Assembly (NCBI GenBank): GCA_965249575.1
Contig: OZ252244.1
Coordinates: forward strand, 3,072,001 to 3,136,000
Length of the DNA stretch: 64,000 nt
Source: Gemmatimonadales bacterium
Lineage (GTDB): Bacteria; Gemmatimonadota; Gemmatimonadetes; Gemmatimonadales; GWC2-71-9
Direction: 5' to 3'
Shown here piece after piece: positions 49,496 to 59,370 of the stretch. The notes under the pieces were generated by a model. It searched no databases, was not told the origin of the DNA, and saw nothing but the letters and a program-made list of their open reading frames with translations. A program made the translations under genes and the position numbers. Positions within the stretch are counted from its first letter, which is position 1, and each line of letters opens with the position of its first letter.

Positions 49496-50260
49496 CTACG
49501 CCAAGCGGCAGCCGGTGTGCCCGGGTTCTCCCGGCTCCAGATCGGGCCATTCGCTGCAGATCGAAGGCTTTGCGGGTGTTCCGTCGGGTCGAACGCGACC
49601 GTGGAGAACACACGTGATGCCGTCAGCTCCCAGATAGTCGCAGGCCGAGATCACCTCGCACTCCAGGATCTCGTCGTTCTCGCGTGAGACCTTGCAGAGA
49701 TACGGGGAGCGCCGAGCGCGAAGGAGCGACTCGCGCATCGATTCCGCTCGGGGGAGCATTAGCTCCAAGGTGAGGTCCCGACAGCATGCCGCCCCCTGTT
49801 TGTTGTCTGCGGTCCGGCAGGGGGCTCCGAGACAGGGGTTCGTGCCGCCAAGCACTGGAAGGGTGCGTCGTTTCTTGGGTGCGGGCGGAAGGGACAGGCG
49901 CCGCGCCTTGAGGTTGTGGACGACGGTAAACGTCCCGTTGCCATTCTGCGTTCTGGATCGGGGCACCCGGGAGTCGGGCGCGAAGCGGCCCTCGAAGCCG
50001 TGCGCCAAGCAACGCGCCGTGGATGCGCCCCCGTTCGAGCCGGCGCCATTCCCCTCGCTATCGGTCTTCAAGTATTTGCAGGGCACGCTCACCGTAGCGT
50101 CTACCAGGAATCGAGCTCCGGCGACGTAGGGGCGCCCGAAGACGATGCGCTCACCGTGGCCAGTGAGCCACGTACCGGCGGCGTCGTGGAACCTGCGGTC
50201 GTCTTCGGAGAGTTCGGCGATTCTCAGGGTGACGTCCAGCTCGCGGCAGTGTCGACCCAT
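49496..50260 (-). CDS. Cysteine-cluster protein (YkgJ/CxxCxxCC-like)
   Basis: PCLGAPC..AACCRD..ACDYL..CVLHG..KPSICSEWP, plus an N-terminal HCRE..PCKYL..RCLAHG copy. ATG 50260 follows GGAGA. Confidence 0.6.
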   Translation of the reverse strand: MGRHCRELDVTLRIAELSEDDRRFHDAAGTWLTGHGERIVFGRPYVAGARFLVDATVSVPCKYLKTDSEGNGAGSNGGASTARCLAHGFEGRFAPDSRVPRSRTQNGNGTFTVVHNLKARRLSLPPAPKKRRTLPVLGGTNPCLGAPCRTADNKQGAACCRDLTLELMLPRAESMRESLLRARRSPYLCKVSRENDEILECEVISACDYLGADGITCVLHGRVRPDGTPAKPSICSEWPDLEPGEPGHTGCRLA

Positions 50261-50533
50261 TCTCCTGCAGGGAGGCGGTGTCGCCATCTACATCGACTGA
50301 GCCGGCGCTCGGACCAGCAGTCGCGCCGGACGGGGTAGCGTTTCGGGGAGGGGTTGGTCGATTCCAAAAGCACAACAGGGGGATTGCACAGGAGGAAGTT
50401 CTGCGTTTCTTCTCAAAGCGCAAGTGCAACACGACAATGCGCAGTTCGGAACCGGCGGCTACATTTCCCTGCACTTGGGGTGTGAGGGCTCGCGCGGAGG
50501 TGAACCATCGGGACCCAAAACCGAAGAGTCGGC

Positions 50534-51009
50534 ATGCGGCTCGCCCTCTGGGGTGCGTTCCTGGTGTGGTTGGCGTGTAGCGACAGTGACCAGGTCGTGC
50601 AACGACCGACCCTGCCCGAGCAGGGAAGGCGGCGCGTTCAGCCGCCGGTGTCGGGAGTGCAGACGCCGACCGGGACGGTGCACACGATCGAGGTGCGTGC
50701 GGGTGGCGGGCGCTATCGCTTTCTGCCGGCGAGCCTCACCATCAAGCAGGGGGATACGGTTCGATGGGTGGCGTACGACAGTCCTCCGCACAACGTCGCG
50801 TTCTTTCACGATCGCATTCCAGCAAACTCCGCGGCGGCCTTACAGGGGATCATGCCGGGCGCAGGGAAGAACTGGCGGCGCCATTCATGCTTGACGAGGG
50901 AGACTCCTACGAAATCCAGTTCACCAACGTTCCCCCCGGACAGTACTCCTACCGGTGCCAACGTCACGCGATACAGGACATGAGCGGGACCATCGTCATC
51001 GAGCCGTAG
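50534..51009 (+). CDS. Plastocyanin-like blue copper lipoprotein; frameshift near 50858
   Basis: Lipobox WLAC, FLPASLTIKQGDTVRW, PHNV; C-X2-H-X4-M (YRCQRHAIQDM) in the other frame. One G added to the run at 50857-50859 joins them. Confidence 0.85.
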
Positions 51010-51068
51010 GTCGGACGTCGCTCCGAGCGCGCGACGATCCCGCAACGGCACCCCGTAGCGACCGACCA

Positions 51069-52929
51069 ATGATAGAACTCAGGTGCATGGGTCCAGTTTC
51101 CGTCACGATCGATGGAGCGGAACCGCCGGCCCCGTTGCTGTGGAAGAAGCACCTGGCCCTGCTCGTTTACCTGGCCCGTTCACCCCGAGGCCGAACCAGA
51201 GACCATCTGATTGGACTCCTATGCCCCGACAAGGACGAGCTGCGGGCGAAGCACTCGCTAAACGAGGCGCTTCGCGTGCTCAGGCGATGTAGCGGAGACG
51301 GACTCAGGACGAGCGGAGACCTCATTGCGCTCGATCCGGGGATCGTCACTACGGATCTAGACCGGCTGAGCCCCGAGGCGGTGATCGGCGAGTTCCTTGA
51401 GGGCTTTGCGGTCCCGGGGAGCCCCGAGTTCGAGCGCTGGTTGGGTGCCGAGCGCGAACGGGTGCGCTGCGAGGCACTCGACGTATTGCTTGGGGCGGGA
51501 GATGCGGCTCTAGCGCACGGTCAATCGGGGCGGGCAGCGAGGCTGGCCTTGGCCGGCCTCGCGCTCGATGACTGCTCCGAGCCGGCGGTCCGGTTGGCCG
51601 TTAGGGCTCTGGCCCTGGAAGGCAAACGGGGAGAGGCGCTGACACTCTTCGAGCGGTATGCGGCGGCCCTTCGGCAGCGGATCGGGGTCGAGCCCGATTT
51701 CGAGACCGCTCGTCTGGTCTCGCGCGTGCGCACCCTACGCGTGATTGCGAAACATAGAGCCGGCCGCGTCGTCGAGGCGGCACCGGGGGAGGTCGTACCG
51801 GTTGTCGGGCCGGGCGCCGCCGTGCTGGCGCGCCTGACGGCTCTCTGGTCGAACGTGCGAGATGGCGGCGTCGGCCGAACGATCTTGATAAAGGGCGATG
51901 CGGGTACCGGCAAGACTCGCATCTCCGACGAACTGGCATCCCGCGCTCGTCTCGATGGTGCCGTGGTGGCGGCCGCGAGAGCGCTGCCGGGCGACACGGT
52001 GGAGGAGCTTTGGGGTGCCCTCCTCCGTGGCGGGCTCTTGGTGCCAGAGCTCGGAAGTGCGCCGGCGGAGGCCCTGGCGGGCCTCCTCGTTGCGTATCCC
52101 GACCTCGGGGGTCACTACCCGGCCGCGCGCGATGCTACGCCCCTGCCATTTCGAGCGGCTGCTACGACGGTCGTCGATGCGATCGCTGAGGACCGTGACG
52201 TGATGTTGCTGCTCGACGATGCGCACCTGGCGCCCCACCCGGCCGTCGACCTGCTCAAAGCCGTCGCCCAGCGCTGTCAGGCGCGGCCGCTATGCCTCGT
52301 TCTGACCGTCCGCATATCGGCGGAGGGGTCGAGCGTGGAAGCGCTCGAAGCTAGGATTGGTCGCGAGGTCCCGGGCGAAGTGCTCAGCACGCTGGACCTC
52401 TCCCAAGGGGACATTGAGGACTTGATTCGGTGGGCGCTCCCCCAATACGACGAGAGCGCCCGCGCCCGGCTCGTCCGGAGAGCGATTGCCGACACTGGCG
52501 GCAATCCTTTCCTCGCGGTGGAGCTCTTGCTGGCCGTCCGAGGGGGCTTGGAACTCCCGGCCGAGTCGACTGACCCGGCCGCCGACCGTACCCTCGATCA
52601 AACGCTGCCCACCGATTTGCCGGCGGCTGTGAGCGCGGGCCTTCGGCTTCGCTACCGCATGCTGAGTGATGGAGCACAGCAGGCACTCGTGGCGGCAGCC
52701 GTGCTGGGGGCTCCAGCGAGTGCCGAGACCGTCGCGCTCGCATCGGGTCTGGGGCGAAAGGAGGTCGAGACAGCGCTCGATGAGCTCGAATGGGAGCGTT
52801 GGCTCGTTGGAGATACCCGCGGCTATTGACTTCGTCACTCGTCTGGCCCAGCAGGTAATTCTCCGTGAGATGGTGACTGCCGGCCAGAAACGGCGCCTGC
52901 TGCTGCGGGCTGGACGCGGACCGGGCTGA
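51069..52929 (+). CDS. SARP/BTAD + AAA ATPase transcriptional regulator; frameshift near 52825
   Basis: LALLVYLA, FLEGF..EFERWL..ERER, Walker A GDAGTGKTR, Walker B LLLDDAH, TGGNPF. The tail DFVTRLAQQV is in a shifted frame. Confidence 0.85.
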
Positions 52930-53010
52930 GACTAGCGCCGGGCGCTACCCTGCGATAACGTAAGCGCTTCACCAATCCAGACATGCGCACCTGATAACGA
53001 CCTTGTAGGA

Positions 53011-54477
53011 GTGACCTTGGTCCAAGTACGAGCGGAGCGCAGGGCTACCATATTCGTTCTCGACGGCGCCTCGCCGGAGGTCTTTGCGTACCTCGTGGAC
53101 CGGGGCGACCTCCCGAACGTGTCCCGGCACCTGCTCGAGCCCGGCGGCCAGCCGTCAGCGACGACGGTTTTCCCCTCCACCACCGGCGTGGCCTACCTCC
53201 CATTTTTGACCGGGTGCTACCCGGGGACGTGCAACGTCCCGGGCATCCGGTGGCTGGACCGGGCGCGGTACGAGGGGCATTGGTGGCGGGATCGGGCGCA
53301 CCTGCGGAGCTATTGCGGTCCCCAGGCCTCACTGCTCAACTCGGACCTTTCGGATACGATCCCAACCCTCTTCGATCTCGAGCCGGACTCTGTGGCGCTG
53401 TGCTCGCCCTTTACTCGCGGCGTGGACCGGGGCCGGGACCACGTTCGATTTGCCCGGTTGCTCTTTGCCGGATTTGCCCATTTTACAGGGGCGTACGGCA
53501 TCGTGGATCGGTCCGTCGGGCGTTCCCTCCGGCAAGTGGCCCGCGAGCGGCACCAGCTGGTGTTCGCTGTATTCCCGGGTGTCGATGGCATCACCCATTT
53601 CTTCGATCCATGGCACCCGATCGTGCTGGACATGTACCGGCAGTTCGATCGCGTCGTCGGACAGTACGTGGCTCGCGGCGGGTTCGATGGCGATCACCTC
53701 GCTGTCATCGTGAGCGATCACGGGGCTTCGCGGGTTGATACCCACACCGACTTGAGTATTGCACTGGAGGAGATCGGCATTCCCGTGTTGCGGCACCCGT
53801 TTCTGTTGCGATCGAACCCCAAGGCGGCGGTCATGGTGTCGGGGAACGGGTCGGCCCAGGTGTACTTCCAGCCGGGTGTGCCGCGCGAGGCGCGGTGGTC
53901 GCCGGAAGAGATCGAGTCGGGAGAAGTTCCTGGCCTTCCTCCGGGCATCGTCGGGTATCTCGCCTCGCTCGAAGGCGTTGCGCTGGTGGCCGGGACCGAG
54001 GGCTCGGACATCGTTGTGTATTCCCGGGAGGGGCGCGCCCGGCTCGCCGAGGTTGGGGATGACGTTCGGTATGCGCCGGAGACCGCCGACGTGCTCGGCG
54101 TCTCCCAGGGGTCGAGGACCCGAACGGACCGCCAGTGGTTGGACGTCACGTATCGTGGGCCGTTCCCCGATTCTCTCCGCCAGCTGCTACAGATTTTCCG
54201 ATCCCATCGAGCGGGGGACCTCGTCGTGGCGTCCTCCCTTGGCGCCGATCTCCGGAAGGAATGGGAAATCCCGGAGCACCGCTCTGGGCACGGGAGCTTG
54301 ATCGCAGAGCACATGCGGTGTCTGCTCGTTTCCAACCGGACTCTTCGATCACCCGTACGGACCGTGGATGTGTTCCCGCTCGTTCTCGAGCACCTCGGTC
54401 GTGCGGTGCCGCGTGAAATCGATGGCGTGAGCCCCATCCCGGCCCAAACGCGCGAGCTCGAGGTGGCGTGGGCGTAA
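53011..54477 (+). CDS. Alkaline-phosphatase-superfamily nucleotide pyrophosphatase/phosphodiesterase
   Basis: VLDGA, TVFPSTT (Thr nucleophile), VDGITH, VSDHG, SGHGSL. Confidence 0.88.
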   Translation: MTLVQVRAERRATIFVLDGASPEVFAYLVDRGDLPNVSRHLLEPGGQPSATTVFPSTTGVAYLPFLTGCYPGTCNVPGIRWLDRARYEGHWWRDRAHLRSYCGPQASLLNSDLSDTIPTLFDLEPDSVALCSPFTRGVDRGRDHVRFARLLFAGFAHFTGAYGIVDRSVGRSLRQVARERHQLVFAVFPGVDGITHFFDPWHPIVLDMYRQFDRVVGQYVARGGFDGDHLAVIVSDHGASRVDTHTDLSIALEEIGIPVLRHPFLLRSNPKAAVMVSGNGSAQVYFQPGVPREARWSPEEIESGEVPGLPPGIVGYLASLEGVALVAGTEGSDIVVYSREGRARLAEVGDDVRYAPETADVLGVSQGSRTRTDRQWLDVTYRGPFPDSLRQLLQIFRSHRAGDLVVASSLGADLRKEWEIPEHRSGHGSLIAEHMRCLLVSNRTLRSPVRTVDVFPLVLEHLGRAVPREIDGVSPIPAQTRELEVAWA

Positions 54478-55172
54478 GCTCGTCACCCGCTGTCACGCTA
54501 CTCCGCCAGCGGTACGGGAACGTCACATGGGACGGCATCCTCCGGGGGTCGGGGCTGCTGGCGTTGACGGCGATCCCCGTGGTGCTCTACTCGCCCAGGA
54601 TCGGGGAATTGGTTGCGTTTCTCTTGATCACGCTCTGGGTCAACGGTCCCCTCTCGCCGTTCCTTCCGACGACCTACGAGCCGGTCTTGATGTTATTCGG
54701 CAGGGTGTACCCTCCGATACTCATCGGGGGGCTGGGCATACTGGGTACGCTCTACGTAGAGTATTTGAATTATCATCTGTATCAGCGGGTGTTAGGCCAC
54801 TCGGCGCTCAAGGGGATGCGGCGAAGTAACGTCATCAGGGGAACGATCAAGCTGTTCCAACGGGCGCCCTTCTTTACGGTATGGCTCTGTTCCTGGTCTC
54901 CGCTGCCCTATTGGGCGGTACGCTTCCTGTCGCCGATGACCGGGTATCCGGTGCGGCGTCATTTGGTGGCGACGTTTCTCGGCCGGTTTCCCCGGCTGTG
55001 GTTTTTCGCGGCGTTAGGTTTGTATTGGAACATCAGCACGCGTGCGCTAGTTGCCATATCGGTGGGGTCGATTGTCGCCGCCGTCATCATCTGGACGCTC
55101 AAGGGACGGGGAGCCGGACCGGAGCTGGATCCCGGCGCGCCGACCATCAGGCTCCGCTCGAGCGAAGGATGA
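54468..55172 (+). CDS. DedA/VTT-domain membrane protein
   Basis: Hydrophobic ORF with PTTYEPVLMLFG, SPLPYWAVRFL, TFLGRFPR; overlaps the upstream stop. Confidence 0.72.
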   Translation: MGVSSSPAVTLLRQRYGNVTWDGILRGSGLLALTAIPVVLYSPRIGELVAFLLITLWVNGPLSPFLPTTYEPVLMLFGRVYPPILIGGLGILGTLYVEYLNYHLYQRVLGHSALKGMRRSNVIRGTIKLFQRAPFFTVWLCSWSPLPYWAVRFLSPMTGYPVRRHLVATFLGRFPRLWFFAALGLYWNISTRALVAISVGSIVAAVIIWTLKGRGAGPELDPGAPTIRLRSSEG

Positions 55173-55217
55173 ACCGGGCTCGTCGCGTGCATTCACTTTG
55201 AAGGTCGGGAGCAAACG

Positions 55218-56330
55218 ATGGTTTTGAAGCGGGCGATACCGGCGATTGTCATGGTGTTACTGACGGCGCGAGCCGCCGCGGGGCAAGAAGTCGCGACGCG
55301 GATCGTGGACGACCCAGAGGGTGGCACGATGAGCGTGCTCATCGGGCCGATCGATCTCCCCGCCATGGCGATGGAGGGGTCCCACGCCGGTCACGGCGAC
55401 GCGCATGCCGGCCACTCGGGGAATCACTTCTTCCCGCCCGTCGGTACGGTCACGATTCCCAAAGACGCTTATCTGCACGCGTTCCGCTACGAGGTCGTCG
55501 ATGGGACGGGACGGGTGTTGCCCACGGAGCTCGTGCATCACATCAACTTCATCGACCCCGACCACCGGGAGTTGTTTCTCCCCATCTCCCAACGCATGGT
55601 TGCCGCCGGAAAGGAAACGGGCTCGCAGGCGATGCCCTGGATGCTGTTCGGCTTCCCTGTGGCGGGGGGACAGCGGATGGTGGTATCGGCGATGCTGCAC
55701 AACCCGCTGGCCGAGGATTTCACGGGGGTCACCGTTCGGTTCCATTTCGACTACGTCGCGGCGGGTCGACCGTGGCCGTTTTTCAGCGTCTACCCGTTTC
55801 AGCTCGATGTAGCGTTCCCCGCTGGTGACAAGTCATTCGATCTTCCCCCCGGCCGCTCCTCGAAGTCCTACGAGGCGAGGCCCGCTCTCGCCGGGCGGAT
55901 ACTGGCGATTGGCGGGCATACGCACGAGCTGGCCGTCGGCCTCAAGTTCGAAGATGTGACGACCGAGGAAGTGATTTGGGAAGGCCAGCCGATCGTGGAT
56001 GATGCCGGGACGGTCGTCGGAATGCCGGTTGGCCGGCTCTATCGCAAGCTGGGCACGCGTATCGATCCCAGCCATGTCTACCGGGTTACGGTCACGTATG
56101 AAAACCCGACCTCCGATACGATTCCCGAGGGTGGCATGGGGGTTGTCGGCGGCATTTTCCGGCCGGACGGCGGCACGACGTGGCCGGCGGCCGATAGCAC
56201 CAACCAGACATATGTGCTCGATCGCATGCACTACATGCGGGAGGTCCGAGGGACGCTCGCGACCATTCTCAGCGAGATTGCGTCGCCGGGGAGCAGCGAC
56301 CGCGAAGCACGCGGCGGCCACGCGCACTAG
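55218..56330 (+). CDS. Secreted copper type II monooxygenase-like (PHM/DBH fold) protein
   Basis: Signal peptide, His-rich linker, VHH..MLH (CuH-like), GGHTH..GGM (CuM-like). Confidence 0.6.
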   Translation: MVLKRAIPAIVMVLLTARAAAGQEVATRIVDDPEGGTMSVLIGPIDLPAMAMEGSHAGHGDAHAGHSGNHFFPPVGTVTIPKDAYLHAFRYEVVDGTGRVLPTELVHHINFIDPDHRELFLPISQRMVAAGKETGSQAMPWMLFGFPVAGGQRMVVSAMLHNPLAEDFTGVTVRFHFDYVAAGRPWPFFSVYPFQLDVAFPAGDKSFDLPPGRSSKSYEARPALAGRILAIGGHTHELAVGLKFEDVTTEEVIWEGQPIVDDAGTVVGMPVGRLYRKLGTRIDPSHVYRVTVTYENPTSDTIPEGGMGVVGGIFRPDGGTTWPAADSTNQTYVLDRMHYMREVRGTLATILSEIASPGSSDREARGGHAH

Positions 56331-56351
56331 TCCCCTAGCACGAGGTGGCAG

Positions 56352-57233
56352 TCACCGCGCGACTGCCACCTCGTGACCCGCGTCCGCATCCCGCCCACCG
56401 ATAACCGTCACGCCGATCCAGGTCGCCAGGCCCCCAACGAGCAAGCCGCCTGCGGCATCGACGCCGTAGTGCATCTGGCAGTAGACCGTACCGGCGGTGA
56501 GAAGGCCGGCAGGCTCGATGAACAAGGCCCCGAGTATCGGCGCGTGAATCCCGACTGACGCCGTCGTCGCGACGGTGGCCGCGACGTGCGAGGACGGGAA
56601 GGCGGCGCCGAACGACGAGCCCGCCGCCAACACCCCGTAGACCAGATGCGCGCTCCACACGTCACGCACTGGTCCCGTGGGTTGATCGAACGCGTAGTAC
56701 GGCCCGCCGACCGGGAACGAGATGAATACCACGTAGCACAGCACGAAACCATCATGCTGAACACGACCCCCTGCGCTTCTCGGCGCCGGCGGTGGACCAG
56801 GAGAATGAGGGGCCGGTGATGATGATCAGATAGTAGGCGAAGTAGCTCGAGTGGAACACACCCGACCAGAACGCCGACGGATACCGACGAATCCAGTCGT
56901 ACGAGATCTGCCCTCCGAAGAGCGCGGCTTCCCACTCCTGAACGATCACGTCGTTCGCGAGCGTAACCGCTCTGCCCTGCTGGAAATTGAGAACTCCGAT
57001 CTCGCGGTAGAAGGGCAGGAGCATGACCAGCGGATACAGATCGTGGATCCAGCCGCCGATCCGGTGGTCCGGACGCAGGGACGGGTAAATAGGAATAGGA
57101 GTATCGCGAAGAGCCCGTGCATGACGAGCAACCACCATGACGTGGCGTGGTCGAAACCGTCACGCGCGACAATGACGATGGTGGTGAGCCCGACGTAGCC
57201 GCCAAGGAGCTTGTCGACCGGTCTCAGAGCCAA
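56352..57233 (-). CDS. PAP2-superfamily Aur1/inositol-phosphorylceramide-synthase-like membrane enzyme; frame breaks near 57080, 56810 and 56747
   Basis: Stitched from ORFs 56946, 56752, 56408 and 56352: DLYPL..FYRE, SYFAYY, FPVGGPY, AAFPSSHVA, TVYCQMHYGVD. TTG start overlaps the cerR end. Confidence 0.75.
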
Positions 57234-58231
57234 TCCCGCTCCACGTACCACGACGCCGTTCTGGGCAGGCCGGCTTCGAGATCGTGCGCGGCGCGCCAGC
57301 CAGTGCGGCGCTCAAGCGATGCTGCCGAGCAGGTCCATGCCGGCGCGAAGAATTCGTTCGCTTTTTCTGCGGTGAGCAGCGTTGCCTTTCCGAGCGCTCC
57401 GGCGGCGGCGCCCACAACGCTCAGCAGCGGGCGGGCGACCATGGAGGGCAGTGGTACTACCCACGGATCGGCTCGGCCCGCGGCGCCTCCCCCTCCCCGC
57501 GCGTTCCGAACGGCGGCGTGCACGGCGGTGGCGAGAGCCCGGCTGGTGACTACCTCCGGATGACTGGCGAAGAACACGTCGCCCACGCCTTGCGTGCCAG
57601 CCGCGTTGATGAGCGCCTCCGCCAGGTCCTCGACGTACACGAGTGACAGTAACTGCGACCCGTCGCCGAAGACCGGGACGAGTCCCAAGCGTGCGAGCTT
57701 GAAGAGTCGCAGCAGCTCCGTGTCGCGGGGACCGTACACCGTCGGGGGTCGGACGATGGTCCACGCGAGCCCGCTCTCCCGCACGTGGCCTTCGCCTGCC
57801 AACTTGCTTTCGCCGTACGACGTCAGCGGACGTGGCTCGTCCTGTTCCGTCAACATTCGCGTGGGGGTCGACGGCCCCGCCGCCGCAAGGCTGCTCACGT
57901 AGACGAAGCGCACCGACGGGCCCGCGGCCGCCTTCGCCGCGTCGATCAAATGCTTGGTGGCCAGCGCATTGACGGCGAAGAACTCATCCCGATTCCGCGC
58001 CGCGGTGACGCCAGCAACGTGATAGACCACATCCGCCCCGCGGCATCCCTCGCGCAGGGCCGCCGGATCGTCGAGCGAGCCAGGGACGATCTCGGGGGTC
58101 TGGCTGGTGAACAAGGCGGTGGCCTTCGCAGGACTGCGCGCGAGACAAACCACTTCGGTCCCACGGCGAAGAAGCGCGTCGATGAGGTGGGATCCGACGA
58201 AGCCGGTTCCCCCGGTGACGAACACTTTCAC
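57224..58231 (-). CDS. cerR: Extended SDR, putative ceramide reductase
   Basis: VTGGTGFVG, VSSLAAAGP, YGESK, RPPTVYGPRD. The specific call rests on its position after spt and bcerS. Confidence 0.7.
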   Translation of the reverse strand: MKVFVTGGTGFVGSHLIDALLRRGTEVVCLARSPAKATALFTSQTPEIVPGSLDDPAALREGCRGADVVYHVAGVTAARNRDEFFAVNALATKHLIDAAKAAAGPSVRFVYVSSLAAAGPSTPTRMLTEQDEPRPLTSYGESKLAGEGHVRESGLAWTIVRPPTVYGPRDTELLRLFKLARLGLVPVFGDGSQLLSLVYVEDLAEALINAAGTQGVGDVFFASHPEVVTSRALATAVHAAVRNARGGGGAAGRADPWVVPLPSMVARPLLSVVGAAAGALGKATLLTAEKANEFFAPAWTCSAASLERRTGWRAAHDLEAGLPRTASWYVERDWL

Positions 58232-59370
58232 AGCGGGCGATCGTACAGCCTGAGCGTCTTGTATTGCTCGAACCCGATGCGAAGCAGCCCGTTGATCATG
58301 GCCGCGTTGTCCTCCAGGATCCAGCCAGCTTCCGCCCAGCGGTATCCCCGAGCGTAGCCCTTCTCCCAGATCCAGTGGTACATGAGCGCGTCGGCGCCCG
58401 TCTTCCGGTACTCTCGCACGAGTCCCAGGAGGAGGATGCGGATGCGGGTGATCCTGCGTGCCGCCCACATCACTTTCAGCAATCCAGGAAAGACCCGTCC
58501 CGAGGGGTTTCGCTTGAGGGCGACGTTGAGATCCGGCAGGGCGGCGGCGAAGCCAATCACTTCACCCTCTCGCTCCGCAAAGACCACGAGATCGGGAACG
58601 ATCACCGGCTTGAGCTGCTTCGCCATGTGGTCGATCTCTGCATCTGACATGGGAATGAAACCCCAGTTCTTCTCCCACGCGGAGTTGTACACCTGCTTGA
58701 TGCGCTCGAGGTCTTCGTCGAAGCGCTTCATGTCGATCTTCCTGAGCGTAATGCGCTTCCGCTCGGCGATCAGCCGCGCTCCGCGAATCAACCGCTCGGG
58801 GATCTGTGGATCCGTGCTATGGTACTGCAGCAGGTCCTTGGCCTTCACGAATCCGCCGCCCTGGATCAGGTCGGCGTAATAGGGTGGGTTGTAGGGGGTG
58901 AGGACGGTGGGCGCCGTCTCGAACCCGTCGACGAGGAGCCCGCATTCGTCGTTGGTGGAGAACGATGCGGGGCCGCGTATCGTACGGAGGCCCCGTTCCC
59001 GCAGCCAGGCGGCGGCCGCGTCGAACAGCGCGTTGGCCACGTCCCGCTCCCGCACGCATTCGAAAAACCCGAAAAAGCCTGCGCCGTCCCCGTGCGTTTC
59101 CTCGTGGGCACGGTTGTGGATCGCGGCGATTCGCCCCACCACCTCACCCGGCGGGGCGTTTCGGTGCTCCGGTCCGCGGCGCCCGACGAAATAGGCGGCA
59201 TCGGCATGCTCGAAGAACGGGTTCTTCCGGCGCGACAACATGTTCCGCACGTCCATACGCAGCGGGGGGACCCAGAGTGGGTCCCCCCGGTGGAGGCGGT
59301 ACGGAAAGGCAATGAACGCTTCGAGGTCGGCGGCCGATCCTACCGGCCGCACAACCACCGGCAAGCTCAA
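58228..59370 (-). CDS. bcerS: GNAT-fold putative bacterial ceramide synthase
   Basis: WVPPL, KNPFFEH, GRIAA, FFGFFE, GLLVDGF, YNPPYY, AWEKNWGFIP, WILEDN. TTG 59370 overlaps the spt stop. Confidence 0.78.
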   Translation of the reverse strand: MSLPVVVRPVGSAADLEAFIAFPYRLHRGDPLWVPPLRMDVRNMLSRRKNPFFEHADAAYFVGRRGPEHRNAPPGEVVGRIAAIHNRAHEETHGDGAGFFGFFECVRERDVANALFDAAAAWLRERGLRTIRGPASFSTNDECGLLVDGFETAPTVLTPYNPPYYADLIQGGGFVKAKDLLQYHSTDPQIPERLIRGARLIAERKRITLRKIDMKRFDEDLERIKQVYNSAWEKNWGFIPMSDAEIDHMAKQLKPVIVPDLVVFAEREGEVIGFAAALPDLNVALKRNPSGRVFPGLLKVMWAARRITRIRILLLGLVREYRKTGADALMYHWIWEKGYARGYRWAEAGWILEDNAAMINGLLRIGFEQYKTLRLYDRPL

